A stretch of 64,000 bases of DNA, taken from positions 1,056,001 to 1,120,000 of the forward strand of contig OZ241362.1 of assembly GCA_965200315.1 (NCBI GenBank), written 5' to 3'. This stretch comes from Candidatus Latescibacterota bacterium (GTDB lineage: Bacteria > Latescibacterota > UBA2968 > UBA8231). Below are positions 37,690 through 46,922 of this stretch, in pieces. How positions within the stretch are numbered: the stretch's first letter is position 1; each line of letters starts with the position of its first letter. Below the pieces are notes generated by a model. The model worked only from the letters and a program-made list of their open reading frames with translations. It was not told where the DNA came from and did not search any database. A program made the translations under genes and the position numbers.

Positions 37690-38278
37690 CGCCCTCGACC
37701 GCCGGCTTGCTCCCGTCCTCCTTAGCGGCCGGCTTGCTCGCATCGCCCTCGACCACCGGCTTGCTCCCGTCCTCCTTAGCGGCCGGCTTGCTCGCATCGC
37801 CCTCGACCACCGGCTTGCTCCCGTCCTCCTCAGCGGCCGGCTTGCTCGCATCGTCCTCGACCGCCGCCAACGACCGCGCTCCATCGCCCACGGCAATGGG
37901 CTGGTTCTGGGGGCGCCCCTGCACGTCGGTTCCTCGCACTTCCAGCCGCTGCCACTGCTCTTGGCCCGGGGCGCGAGCCACCGAGTGCTCAACCATCATC
38001 GCGCTCAAAGGCCGGGTATCGCCCACCACCGGCACCTCGCCTACGACCGGAGCGCGCACCGTACACAGGCGAGGTTGCACATGGGTGGCGACTACCCGCG
38101 CCTTGACCGCTTCCCAGCGGCCCAGAGGCTGCCCGCTGTCTGGGTCTGCGATCTCCCTGTGCAAGGCGAAAATGGCAAAGGCCATGCCTTCCTCGACGCC
38201 CTGCTCGCTACCGACGTTGAGTACCAGCGTTGTGTCGTCGATAATGGCGGCTACCTTACCTTCAATAGGCGTGCTCAT
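37667..38278 (-). CDS. Hypothetical protein with FlgT-C-like beta domain and acidic repeat tail
   Basis: IEGKVAAIIDDTTLVLNVGSEQGVEEGM...IADPDSGQPLG; tail of EGDASKPAAKEDGSKPVV units. Confidence 0.65.
   Translation of the reverse strand: MSTPIEGKVAAIIDDTTLVLNVGSEQGVEEGMAFAIFALHREIADPDSGQPLGRWEAVKARVVATHVQPRLCTVRAPVVGEVPVVGDTRPLSAMMVEHSVARAPGQEQWQRLEVRGTDVQGRPQNQPIAVGDGARSLAAVEDDASKPAAEEDGSKPVVEGDASKPAAKEDGSKPVVEGDASKPAAKEDGSKPAVEGDASKSDD
37679..37865. repeat. 54-bp tandem repeat (about 3.5 units, built from two related 27-bp halves)
   Basis: GCATCG(C/T)CCTCGACC recurs at 37686, 37740, 37794 and 37848. Confidence 0.92.
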
Positions 38279-38351
38279 AGGGCTGTGCTCCGAAAAAAAG
38301 ACCGGCCCGCGTTTGCTGGACCGGTCTCTAGATACTTGGTAGATGTTTGAA

Positions 38352-39377
38352 TCACTCGCTTGCGGCCCACATATAGTTCCCACTGTTGTCGAAGATAAAA
38401 TCTTCTGGATTCTGGTATCCTCGGTTCTTGCTCAACTGTTGATCTCGCAAGCGCACCGCGTAGTGGAGGTGGGGGCCAGTCGAACGGCCCGAGTTACCCA
38501 TCGTCCCGATCTGCTGCCTGCGCTTTATCTGCTGACCTTGCTTGACCATAATTCTATCCAAGTGGCCGTATTCGGTCTGGTAGCCGCCTTGGCGCGCATA
38601 GGGCTGGCCTTGCTCGTCGCGTTCCTTTTTTCGATGGGCAACAATAATCGTATTGCCGAGGTATTTATCCTTCCCGGCGTAGTGTACAAAACCATCCGCC
38701 GTCGCGTAGATGGGCGTTCCTTTGCGGCCAGCGAAATCGATGCCACGGTGGAAGGCCCGACGCCCGGTAAAGGGATCAATACGCCATCCAAAGGGCGACG
38801 ACAGCCACGCCTTCTGCTCGGGGACTGGTAAAATCGTGGGCAAGTATTGGACGTTCGTCTCTTCAAATTTGCGCTCGATTTCCTCAAAGCTCTCGGCCTG
38901 TAGGTTGACCATCCTCTTTAGGTAGTCGATGCGCGAGCCCAGCTCGCGCATCATCAAGCGCTTTTGCGGCGGCAAGGACGCGAATTCCTCGGACAAATCT
39001 TCCACGCCCCCGACGCCGCCCAATTCCCCATCCGCAGCGAGTGGCTCTATATCCAGAGGTTTCATCTCGTGGTGGGCGCGCAATCTATTTTCCGTGGCCC
39101 TGAGCTGATCCATGGCCTCCCCGAGTTGCTGTACTTCCTCTTGGGTCTGCTCTAAGCTGTGCAAGAGGTTTTTGTTTTCTTCCAGCAAGGCCAGCAGGGT
39201 TTTTTGATCGCTCGGTTGATGAAAGCCCTGTGTGTAGGCGTAATAACCACCACCCACAAAACCCAGCACGCCCAACAGAATCAACCCTAAGACGCGAGGA
39301 GAAAAACCGTACTCGCGGATCTGACCGTCGCGCGGGGAAATGACGATAAAAGTTCTGCGCTTACCTAGTATTTTCAT
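38352..39377 (-). CDS. M23-family metallopeptidase
   Basis: N-terminal TM and coiled coil; HRGIDF, YGHL, GRSTGPHLHY. Confidence 0.92.
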   Translation of the reverse strand: MKILGKRRTFIVISPRDGQIREYGFSPRVLGLILLGVLGFVGGGYYAYTQGFHQPSDQKTLLALLEENKNLLHSLEQTQEEVQQLGEAMDQLRATENRLRAHHEMKPLDIEPLAADGELGGVGGVEDLSEEFASLPPQKRLMMRELGSRIDYLKRMVNLQAESFEEIERKFEETNVQYLPTILPVPEQKAWLSSPFGWRIDPFTGRRAFHRGIDFAGRKGTPIYATADGFVHYAGKDKYLGNTIIVAHRKKERDEQGQPYARQGGYQTEYGHLDRIMVKQGQQIKRRQQIGTMGNSGRSTGPHLHYAVRLRDQQLSKNRGYQNPEDFIFDNSGNYMWAASE

Positions 39378-39522
39378 AAAAACTATATTCCTCTGTCTGC
39401 TAGGCTGATAGCAAATTTTGAGGTATTCGCTAAATTGTGCTATGTAATTGGATATTGTTTTTTGAGTTAAACCTATTCAAGTTATAGATACCACGACGGA
39501 AAGTCAATCGTCAAACTTCCCC

Positions 39523-40272
39523 ATGCTCTTGGCCATCGACGTCGGCAACACCTGCATCGACATCGGTCTTTTGGCCGGGGATGCGTTCGTTTTTCGCCAC
39601 AAATTCCCCACGGCCCCGCCAGCCGATACCGACCTACAACGCCTTTTAGCAACGCTTGCCACACCTCCGATTGGCGCGGTCATCGGGTCGGTCGTCGCAG
39701 AATTGGGGGCTGCATACGCAGCGGCCTGTCGCGACTTCTCCTCCGGCCCCACCCTCCAAGCGGGCAGCACGTGGGATTGGGGCCTACAAATCGACTACGA
39801 CGATCCCGCTCGGATTGGCATTGACCGCCTCGCTGCGGCCTCAGCCGCCCATCGCGCAGCCCCGGCTGGCCAAGCCGTTGTGGTCGCGGATGCTGGCACC
39901 GCGCTAACGGTCGATGCCATCGACGCCGAGGGCACCTTCCGCGGCGGTGTTATCACCCCAGGGCTGCGCCTCGGATTAAATGCCCTCAGCGCGGGCACCA
40001 GCTTCCTACCCCAAGTCGAGCTAACGGCCACAACGCCCTTGCTGGGCAAAAGCACCCCGGACGGCCTGCGCTCGGGGGCACTGCACGGGTCGGCCGCACT
40101 CATCGAGGGCCTCTGCAAGCGCATGGCCGCAGCCTTAGACACCCCCGTCGTAGTCTTCCTCACCGGCGGCGATGCCCCCCTGCTCTACCCTCATATCGCC
40201 GCGGTCCACACTTGCGATCCAGACCTCGTATTACGCGGTTTAGCCCTCGCCTACCGGCGGCGCACTGCTTGA
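39523..40272 (+). CDS. coaX: Type III pantothenate kinase
   Basis: LAIDVGNT, IGIDR, DAGTALTVD, GGVITPG, TGGDA. Confidence 0.93.
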   Translation: MLLAIDVGNTCIDIGLLAGDAFVFRHKFPTAPPADTDLQRLLATLATPPIGAVIGSVVAELGAAYAAACRDFSSGPTLQAGSTWDWGLQIDYDDPARIGIDRLAAASAAHRAAPAGQAVVVADAGTALTVDAIDAEGTFRGGVITPGLRLGLNALSAGTSFLPQVELTATTPLLGKSTPDGLRSGALHGSAALIEGLCKRMAAALDTPVVVFLTGGDAPLLYPHIAAVHTCDPDLVLRGLALAYRRRTA

Positions 40273-40322
40273 CGCGGTACAGGCTCGTTAATTATTTATA
40301 TCTCCTTTTATATCTCTAAGTC

Positions 40323-42245
40323 ATGTATGCTCAACGCCGTCAACGCGCCCTACTGACCAAGGAGTGTCGCTTGTCCACTTTGCGCATTTCGCTGCTGCTC
40401 GCTCTCGTCGCATCCGCCTCCGACTTGCGGGCTGAGCGCTCGGTTGAAGACGAATACAAAGCCCTGTTGTGGAAGACGGCCAAAATCATTCATCAGTACT
40501 ACTTTGAAGAAATACATCCCGATTCCCTAGCCCAAGCGGCTGCACGAGGGATATTCCATTCCTTAGACCCAGCCTCGGAACACACGTTCAACGCCCGTGC
40601 CCAGCTCGATAGTGCAGACACTGAAAGGCTGCTAAACCACCGCCTCTACACCCTCATGCAGATGGCTCAAGCCATCGACGCGAATGCCTTTTATCCGGTT
40701 GCTGCGGATACGCTAATCCGCTTTGGCATCGCCGGGATGATGGAAATTCTCGACCCCTATTCGGTGTTTTTGGAAAAGCGCAATCTCGACAATTTCAACA
40801 TCCAAAACCAAGGCAAATACGGGGGGCTGGGCTTCCGCATTCAAGTAGTATATCCCGACAGCGCAATTGCCGTGTGGAGACTCGTACACGATCGGACTCC
40901 AGCGGCCCTAGCGGGCGTCAAGTCGGGCGACCTCATCACCGCGATCAACAACACTTCTACCAAGGGCATGGCGGCTGGTGTGGCCGCCGACAGTATGCGT
41001 GGCGAGCCGGGCACCTCCGTAACCCTGACCTTAGAGCGCGCCGACCACCCCAATCCCTTTGATCTGACGATCGAGCGCCGAGAAGTGCAGATGAACAGCG
41101 TCTCCCTCGCCACCCTCTTCCCCGACGAAACCGGCTACATCAAGCTCGACAGCTTCCGAAAGGGGTCGAGCAGGGAGGTGTTCAACGCCATCGTCGAGCT
41201 AGAAGACCAAGGCATGGAGCGGCTGATCTTTGACCTGCGCGGCAATGGTGGCGGGTATCTTGAAGAAGCCGTGCAAATCGCCGACCTCTTCCTGCCTCGC
41301 GGTCGCCTCGTGGTCTTTACCGCAGGCCGCGCCTTCCGAGACACGGCTAGTTACGAAACTAGCGAGGACGCCCTGCTGCGCGACACACCCCTCATCGTCA
41401 TGGTCAACCACCTGTCCGCTTCCGCTTCCGAGATCGTCGCCGGTGCCATCCAAGACTGGGACCGCGGGCTGGTGCTGGGAACTACGACCGTGGGCAAGGG
41501 CTCCGTTCAGCAGATCGTCCAAATCGACGACCACGCCGAGCTCAAGCTGACCATGGCCGCTTGGCACACGCCTTCGGGGCGCTCCATTGACAAGCGCAGG
41601 CGCAAGGACTCTACCCTCGTCCGCGGGTACGACAAGGAGTTCAAGACCCTCCTCCTTGAACGCATCGTCCGCGGCAGTGGCGGCATCACCCCAGACATTG
41701 AGGCGTCTGGACGCAGTGGCAGCCGACTCTACGCGCAGCTCAGCGGCCTCTACAGCCTCAATAACCAATTCTTCTACTACGCCCGCGAGTACCGGCTCAA
41801 GTACCCCGATCTGACGCCAGCCTTCGTCGTTGGTCCAGCGGATCTAGCGGCCTTCCGCGCCTTTGCCGAAAACCGCGAGTTCAACTACATCAGCGAGCTC
41901 GAAGCCCAAGTCGAGGAATTGGACAAAGTCGCCGAAGGCGAGGAGTACGACCAACTCGCCAAGCCGCTCAGCCACCTGACCGACGAGATCGAAAAAATTG
42001 AGGAAAAACACTGGCAGGAGAACGAAGAGCTCATCGCTTGGCGGCTCACCTTCGATATCCTCGAAAAAGCATTCGGGGAGCCAGTGGCCGAAGCGTACAA
42101 TGTAACCGTGGATCCTCAAGTGCTGGAGGCGCGCCGCATTATCGCCGATCCGAGCGAGTACCAGATGTGGTTCGACAAGGGGGAAATAGGCACACCAGCA
42201 GAGGACTCTCTCGCCCAAGAAGCCGGCAGCGACGATCTCCAGTAG
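40323..42245 (+). CDS. S41 C-terminal processing protease (CtpA/Prc-like), start uncertain
   Basis: YGGLG PDZ, DLRGNGGG, SASASEIVAGA, TVGKGSVQ, GGITPD. Confidence 0.9.
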   Translation: MYAQRRQRALLTKECRLSTLRISLLLALVASASDLRAERSVEDEYKALLWKTAKIIHQYYFEEIHPDSLAQAAARGIFHSLDPASEHTFNARAQLDSADTERLLNHRLYTLMQMAQAIDANAFYPVAADTLIRFGIAGMMEILDPYSVFLEKRNLDNFNIQNQGKYGGLGFRIQVVYPDSAIAVWRLVHDRTPAALAGVKSGDLITAINNTSTKGMAAGVAADSMRGEPGTSVTLTLERADHPNPFDLTIERREVQMNSVSLATLFPDETGYIKLDSFRKGSSREVFNAIVELEDQGMERLIFDLRGNGGGYLEEAVQIADLFLPRGRLVVFTAGRAFRDTASYETSEDALLRDTPLIVMVNHLSASASEIVAGAIQDWDRGLVLGTTTVGKGSVQQIVQIDDHAELKLTMAAWHTPSGRSIDKRRRKDSTLVRGYDKEFKTLLLERIVRGSGGITPDIEASGRSGSRLYAQLSGLYSLNNQFFYYAREYRLKYPDLTPAFVVGPADLAAFRAFAENREFNYISELEAQVEELDKVAEGEEYDQLAKPLSHLTDEIEKIEEKHWQENEELIAWRLTFDILEKAFGEPVAEAYNVTVDPQVLEARRIIADPSEYQMWFDKGEIGTPAEDSLAQEAGSDDLQ

Positions 42246-42267
42246 GAGCTTGTATTTTGGCGGCGGT

Positions 42268-43485
42268 ATGAAGGGCTTTAAAGGGCCTGTTCCCTACCTC
42301 ATAGCGGGCCTTTTAATTCACGCCATTTTCCTCGCCGCCCTCGGCACCGACCTCCTCCGGCCTCTCTTTAACGACGCATCCCACACCCGCCGTGGCTTTG
42401 ACTTCGGGGTTTTCTATTTGGCGGGCCAATCCCTAGCCGAAGGCCGCGACATCTACTCGGTGTCGGGTGCCTTCGGCTTCCGCTATCTGCCGGCCTTTGC
42501 CTTGGTCGCCAGTCTTTTCGCGTACTTTCAGCCCCTCACTGCATACCTTCTGCATCTCTGCTGCACCGAGCTTTTTCTCGCGGCCAACCTCTATCTGACT
42601 TGGCAGTGGGTCGCAGGACTGCGCCGGGGCGTGGCCTTGTTTATGTGGCTGGCGTTTTCGCCTTACTTTCTCGAACTCTACATGGGGCAAGTCAGCTTCT
42701 GGGCGGCCTCGCTGCTCTTTTGGCTCGTCGTCGGCCTCCACAGCGGCCGGGAACGGGTGGCCGGCTTCTATTGGGCGGGTGCCCTCTTAGTCAAACCCAA
42801 CGCCTTAATCCTCACGCCCGCGCTTTTGCGGCTTCGCGCTTGGCGCGTCCTCGTTTTGGGACTGCTAGCCGGCTTGTTCACTTCGCTTCCCTACTTTCTT
42901 CTGCATCCAGATAGCTTGGCAACCTTTTTCGCCGCCAACATCCACGGTGCTCCCGTCCAAGGTGCCCTCACCCACGCGGGCAACCTCGGGCTGCAAGGCG
43001 GGCTAGTCAGCGTCGTGGCCCAACTAGCCGGGCGGCCCCTAGCCGAACTGACGACTCTCGCCGACCTCCCTTTGGCGGGCCGTGCGGTCATCTATTGCTC
43101 GCAGGCCACCATCCTCGTAGCGGCACTAGTGGCCACCTATCGCGGCCGCGATGTCCTGCCGCTGCTCTCGCTGTGGATGTGTACCTTTTTTCTCGTTTAC
43201 AAAGACGTTTGGGAGCATCACTACGTCTTTCTCCAGCCCGTACTCGTGGCTTTGTACGCGCACTCAGGCTCTCCTAAGTTCCTGTGGATATTTGCTCTTA
43301 TCGCGTTGCCGACGCCCTTTGTGTTCTTCGACCTTGAGCCGGGGGTCTATGGGCCGATTGACCCTGAGCGCACGTGGGGGCCGGTCACTTCCCTCGCCTA
43401 TCGCAGCACTAAACTCATTCCCCTTGGCTATCTGTGGTACGGGCTGTGCCGCACGTGCTTAGCCTCGGCACCCACCAAGTCTTGA
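42268..43485 (+). CDS. GT87/DUF2029-like membrane glycosyltransferase
   Basis: DFGVFYLAG, FRYLP, MGQV, LVKP, WEHHY; polytopic. Confidence 0.75.
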   Translation: MKGFKGPVPYLIAGLLIHAIFLAALGTDLLRPLFNDASHTRRGFDFGVFYLAGQSLAEGRDIYSVSGAFGFRYLPAFALVASLFAYFQPLTAYLLHLCCTELFLAANLYLTWQWVAGLRRGVALFMWLAFSPYFLELYMGQVSFWAASLLFWLVVGLHSGRERVAGFYWAGALLVKPNALILTPALLRLRAWRVLVLGLLAGLFTSLPYFLLHPDSLATFFAANIHGAPVQGALTHAGNLGLQGGLVSVVAQLAGRPLAELTTLADLPLAGRAVIYCSQATILVAALVATYRGRDVLPLLSLWMCTFFLVYKDVWEHHYVFLQPVLVALYAHSGSPKFLWIFALIALPTPFVFFDLEPGVYGPIDPERTWGPVTSLAYRSTKLIPLGYLWYGLCRTCLASAPTKS

Positions 43486-43510
43486 TATTAACGTGCCGGC
43501 GTCGTATTAT
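43482..43510 (+). promoter_or_regulatory. Sigma70 promoter of lipA
   Basis: TTGATA-17bp-TATTAT. Confidence 0.55.
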
Positions 43511-43543
43511 ATTCTATTCTTTTAGTTTTTCCTCTTCTGTCCT

Positions 43544-44431
43544 ATGGCATCTAATTCCAAGCACCGACTTCCGACCTGGCTCAAGGCCAAAGCCCCAGGC
43601 CACCCCAATTACATCGCCCTAAAAAACCTGCTCGCCGATTTACAGCTTAACACGGTGTGCGAGAGTGCTCATTGCCCCAACATCGGCGAGTGCTGGAGCC
43701 AGCGCACGGCGACCTTTATGATTTTGGGCGATGTTTGTACCCGCAGTTGCGGATTTTGTGCGATCAAGACGGGACGCCCCCAATGGCTCGACGAAGGCGA
43801 GCCTGAGCGCGTTGCCGCTGCCATTGCCCGCCTCGGACTAGAGCACGCGGTGATTACCTCGGTCAATCGCGACGAACTGCTAGACGGCGGAGCACGCATC
43901 TTCGCCCGGACGATCGCGGCAGTACATCACCTTTGCCCCGAGACGAGCGTCGAAGTCTTGATCCCGGACTTCAAGGGCGACTGGCAGGCCCTAGCTACTG
44001 TCCTTGAAGCCGGCCCGGACATCCTCAATCACAACATCGAGACGCCGCCTCGCCTCTACCCCACCATGCGCCCGCAAGCCCGGTACGACCGCTCGCTGGA
44101 GCTCCTCGACCGAGCGCGCAAGATGAGTCCTGCCCCCACCAAGTCCGGCATGATGCTAGGGGCCGGCGAGACCAAAAGAGAAATAGCCCAGAGCATCCAA
44201 GATCTAGCGGATGTCGGCTGCGCCATTCTGACCTTGGGCCAATACCTAAGCCCGTCCGACCACCACGTACCCGTAGAGCGCTTCGTCCACCCCGACGAAT
44301 TCGCGGAGTGGCGGCGTCTTGCCCTCGGCTTGGGCTTTCGCCACGTCGAGTCTGGCCCATTAGTGCGCAGCTCGTACCATGCCGCCAGCCAAGTCGAACA
44401 GGTGCGAGCCGCCACCCCCACTACCTCCTGA
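43544..44431 (+). CDS. lipA: Lipoyl synthase
   Basis: CESAHCPNIGEC, CTRSCGFC, RSSY. Confidence 0.97.
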   Translation: MASNSKHRLPTWLKAKAPGHPNYIALKNLLADLQLNTVCESAHCPNIGECWSQRTATFMILGDVCTRSCGFCAIKTGRPQWLDEGEPERVAAAIARLGLEHAVITSVNRDELLDGGARIFARTIAAVHHLCPETSVEVLIPDFKGDWQALATVLEAGPDILNHNIETPPRLYPTMRPQARYDRSLELLDRARKMSPAPTKSGMMLGAGETKREIAQSIQDLADVGCAILTLGQYLSPSDHHVPVERFVHPDEFAEWRRLALGLGFRHVESGPLVRSSYHAASQVEQVRAATPTTS

Positions 44432-44440
44432 GAGAAGCCC

Positions 44441-45445
44441 ATGAACTTAGAGAGAAAGGCTATATCCCAGTACCTGAAACGCAAAAAACTGCTCGCCGAC
44501 GAGGGCCCGATCCGCGTCCAGAGCTTGAGTGACGGGCTAAAAAACCGGATTTACTACGTAGAGGCGGCCAATCGGGCTTGGATCGTCAAGCAGGCGCACT
44601 CGCGCGCCCAAATCAAGGAGCGCTGGTGGATCGATCGGCGACGCATCTTCGCCGAGAAAAGCTGCATCGAGCGCCTAGGGCAATTTCTCGCTCCCGAGAT
44701 CTTGCCGGAAGTCCTGCTCGAAGACCGCACGGACTTCATCCTCGTGACGACTCCACCTCCGCACAATGCCCTGTCATGGGAGGGCGACTTGGTCAATGGC
44801 CGCATCGATCTGCAAATCGCCGTCCAGTGTGGCGAACTGCTGGCCACTGTCCACAACGAGACCGCCGGCTCGTCCGAGGTCGCCGACGAGTTTGCATCCA
44901 CTAAGGTATTTGAGCAACTGCGCATTGACCCTCACTACAACTATATCACCAACGCCTACCCCGACCTCAAAAAGGCCATTGCCGTCCATACCGATCGCCT
45001 GCTCAACGAGGGGTTTTGCCTCGTCTTAGGCGACTTGCGTCCCCGCAATATATGGGTCGCCAACGGTCATCCCTACTGGGTCGATTTTGCCACCGCCCAC
45101 TACGGTCACCCCACCTTTGACCTCGCCTTCTACACGGCTGATATGTGCGTCAAGGCCATGCAGAACACCGCCCAAAAAGCCGCCTATTTAGAGGCTGTCA
45201 ATGTATTTTGGAACAGCTATTTTCAGAGTGCGAACTACAAAGAGGTCGAGGAAGTCAAACACCAAGCCGTACATGATCTCGGCTGCCTGCTGTTGAGCGC
45301 GACCGATGGTCGCCAGCCGGTCGCGCTCTACGACGAGCGCATCATCGGGCTCTCGCGGCGCATCGCCCAGAGCCTGATTTTGACGGGGTTAGAGAAAATT
45401 GAGGACGTCACCGAGTTCGTCAATCGGACCCTGATCGACGGCTAG
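44441..45445 (+). CDS. APH/methylthioribose kinase-like phosphotransferase
   Basis: IVKQA, GDLRPRNI, VDF, HYGHPTFD. Confidence 0.75.
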   Translation: MNLERKAISQYLKRKKLLADEGPIRVQSLSDGLKNRIYYVEAANRAWIVKQAHSRAQIKERWWIDRRRIFAEKSCIERLGQFLAPEILPEVLLEDRTDFILVTTPPPHNALSWEGDLVNGRIDLQIAVQCGELLATVHNETAGSSEVADEFASTKVFEQLRIDPHYNYITNAYPDLKKAIAVHTDRLLNEGFCLVLGDLRPRNIWVANGHPYWVDFATAHYGHPTFDLAFYTADMCVKAMQNTAQKAAYLEAVNVFWNSYFQSANYKEVEEVKHQAVHDLGCLLLSATDGRQPVALYDERIIGLSRRIAQSLILTGLEKIEDVTEFVNRTLIDG

Positions 45446-46178
45446 CCCGCTGCAAATCTCCGCTGCTAGAGCGGATGTGCGCTGCCATCGCCTGCTGTGC
45501 GGCCTCCGCATCCCGACGCTGCAATGCCGCCAAGATCTGCTGGTGCTCCGCCAGCGATAGTTCGGCTCGGGGGCCAGCCAGCGACGGCTCTACTAAACTT
45601 TCCTTGATCCATTCTTGCAGATAGTTGCGCGTGGTTTCGAGCAAGCTGTAGAGAATGGAATTGTGAGTGCCCCGGGCAATGAGTAGGTGGAACTGCAAAT
45701 CGCTAGCGAGAAAGCGCCCCTCGTCAGAAAGCCCCCCGGCCATGCCAGCCAGCGCGTCGGCAATCGCCGCCAAATCCTCGGGCGTAGCCCGCTCAGCCGC
45801 CAAATAGGCGTTTTGCGACTCGAGCATCATCCGCGTCTCGCTCAGGTCTTGGAGCTTCTTGCCGTCGAGCAAAAACCCCCACTGCAACGCCCGCTCCACG
45901 TATTGGCTCTTGTCGCAGACAAACGTGCCCTCGCCCACGCGACCGTCGAGCAGGCCCATCATGGACAACGAGCGCAGGGCTTCGCGCAGCGAGGAGCGCC
46001 CAACCTGAAAGCGCTTGCACAACTCCCGTTCCGGCGGTAGCCTGTCGCCGGGCTTGAGAACATTGCGCTCAATTAAGTCGGTTATCTGCGCGATAATCTC
46101 GTCACTTACCGATGTGCGCTGCACCGGGCGCATGGCCGCGGCTGCGGCTTTTTTACTAGCGTGGACCAAGGTATTCAA
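45420..46178 (-). CDS. FadR/GntR-family transcriptional regulator (FCD domain); alternative start at 46133
   Basis: LKPGDRLPPERELC..FQVGRSSLREAL; DLQFH, EHQQI, MAAHI. Confidence 0.92.
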   Translation of the reverse strand: MNTLVHASKKAAAAAMRPVQRTSVSDEIIAQITDLIERNVLKPGDRLPPERELCKRFQVGRSSLREALRSLSMMGLLDGRVGEGTFVCDKSQYVERALQWGFLLDGKKLQDLSETRMMLESQNAYLAAERATPEDLAAIADALAGMAGGLSDEGRFLASDLQFHLLIARGTHNSILYSLLETTRNYLQEWIKESLVEPSLAGPRAELSLAEHQQILAALQRRDAEAAQQAMAAHIRSSSGDLQRASRRSGSD

Positions 46179-46199
46179 TCGCCGCTGGCGGAAAAATAT

Positions 46200-46228
46200 T
46201 TGCCGATGGTCTGACCATTAGCTATTTT
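46200..46228 (+). promoter_or_regulatory. Sigma70 promoter with FadR-type operator ATGGTCTGACCAT in the spacer
   Basis: TTGCCG-17-TATTTT; the palindrome at 46206-46218 matches the TGGT-N3-ACCA FadR/PdhR/LldR box. Confidence 0.75.
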
Positions 46229-46269
46229 GTCTAACAGTACTCAACTTAACGTTTTGCTGTCAAGAGGAA

Positions 46270-46911
46270 ATGCAGATGACACAGATTTTGGACCTCGGCC
46301 CGCGCATAGAGCTGGTCTCCATGGATTCCCACTGCCACCACATCTCCATCGCCCTCTATCGCCCCGGCCCGGATAACGCCCCGGCCTATAAAGTCCACAC
46401 CTACAGCCATCTTCCCGAAGCCGCCGAGCGCATCGCCGGGATCGCGGACGCCATGCAGATACTCGGGGGTATGGAGCAAACCAGCGATGGCCTACTTCGC
46501 TTCCCCTGTGGCCACGCGCATCTGTTCGCCGTCAAGCGGCTCTTCTTAGAGGCTTGTAAGCTGCCGCCAGCGCAACCCATAGAGCCGCGCCCGTTACACA
46601 TTTTCGACAAAAAAGCCAACGCCACCATTGCCGTCGCCAGCCGCGGGCAGGGCTTGTACGAGGCCCACGCCACCGAACAGGCCCTAGGCGCGGAACGCCG
46701 CGTCACCACCATCGCCCGCGGCCTAATCCGCCTCGGCGAAATGGAAGAAGTCGCCGATCAACCCAACCAAGTCCGCTTCGGCTGCGGCCACCCCCACGAC
46801 GCCCTAATCGGCCTCTTGCTCGTCCGCGCCCCCAACGTGCGCGCTGCCGTGCGCGAGGCCGAAGCCATGGCCAACCGCGGCGTGCTCTCAGCCCCTAGCG
46901 CCCAGGAATAA
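46270..46911 (+). CDS. Hypothetical protein with internal duplication (two RFxCGHxH motifs)
   Basis: SD GAGG; first gene of the operon; RFPCGHAH and RFGCGHPH. Confidence 0.8.
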   Translation: MQMTQILDLGPRIELVSMDSHCHHISIALYRPGPDNAPAYKVHTYSHLPEAAERIAGIADAMQILGGMEQTSDGLLRFPCGHAHLFAVKRLFLEACKLPPAQPIEPRPLHIFDKKANATIAVASRGQGLYEAHATEQALGAERRVTTIARGLIRLGEMEEVADQPNQVRFGCGHPHDALIGLLLVRAPNVRAAVREAEAMANRGVLSAPSAQE

Positions 46912-46922
46912 AGGAGTCTATC

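Noticed and set aside
37679-37865. Possible CRISPR array
   Set aside because: Units are contiguous with no unique spacers, lie in coding frames, and no cas genes are present
37690-37992. N-terminal 100 aa of the 267-aa ORF in the track
   Set aside because: Alternative-frame reading of the upstream gene and its repeat; the lipoprotein signal begins at 37689
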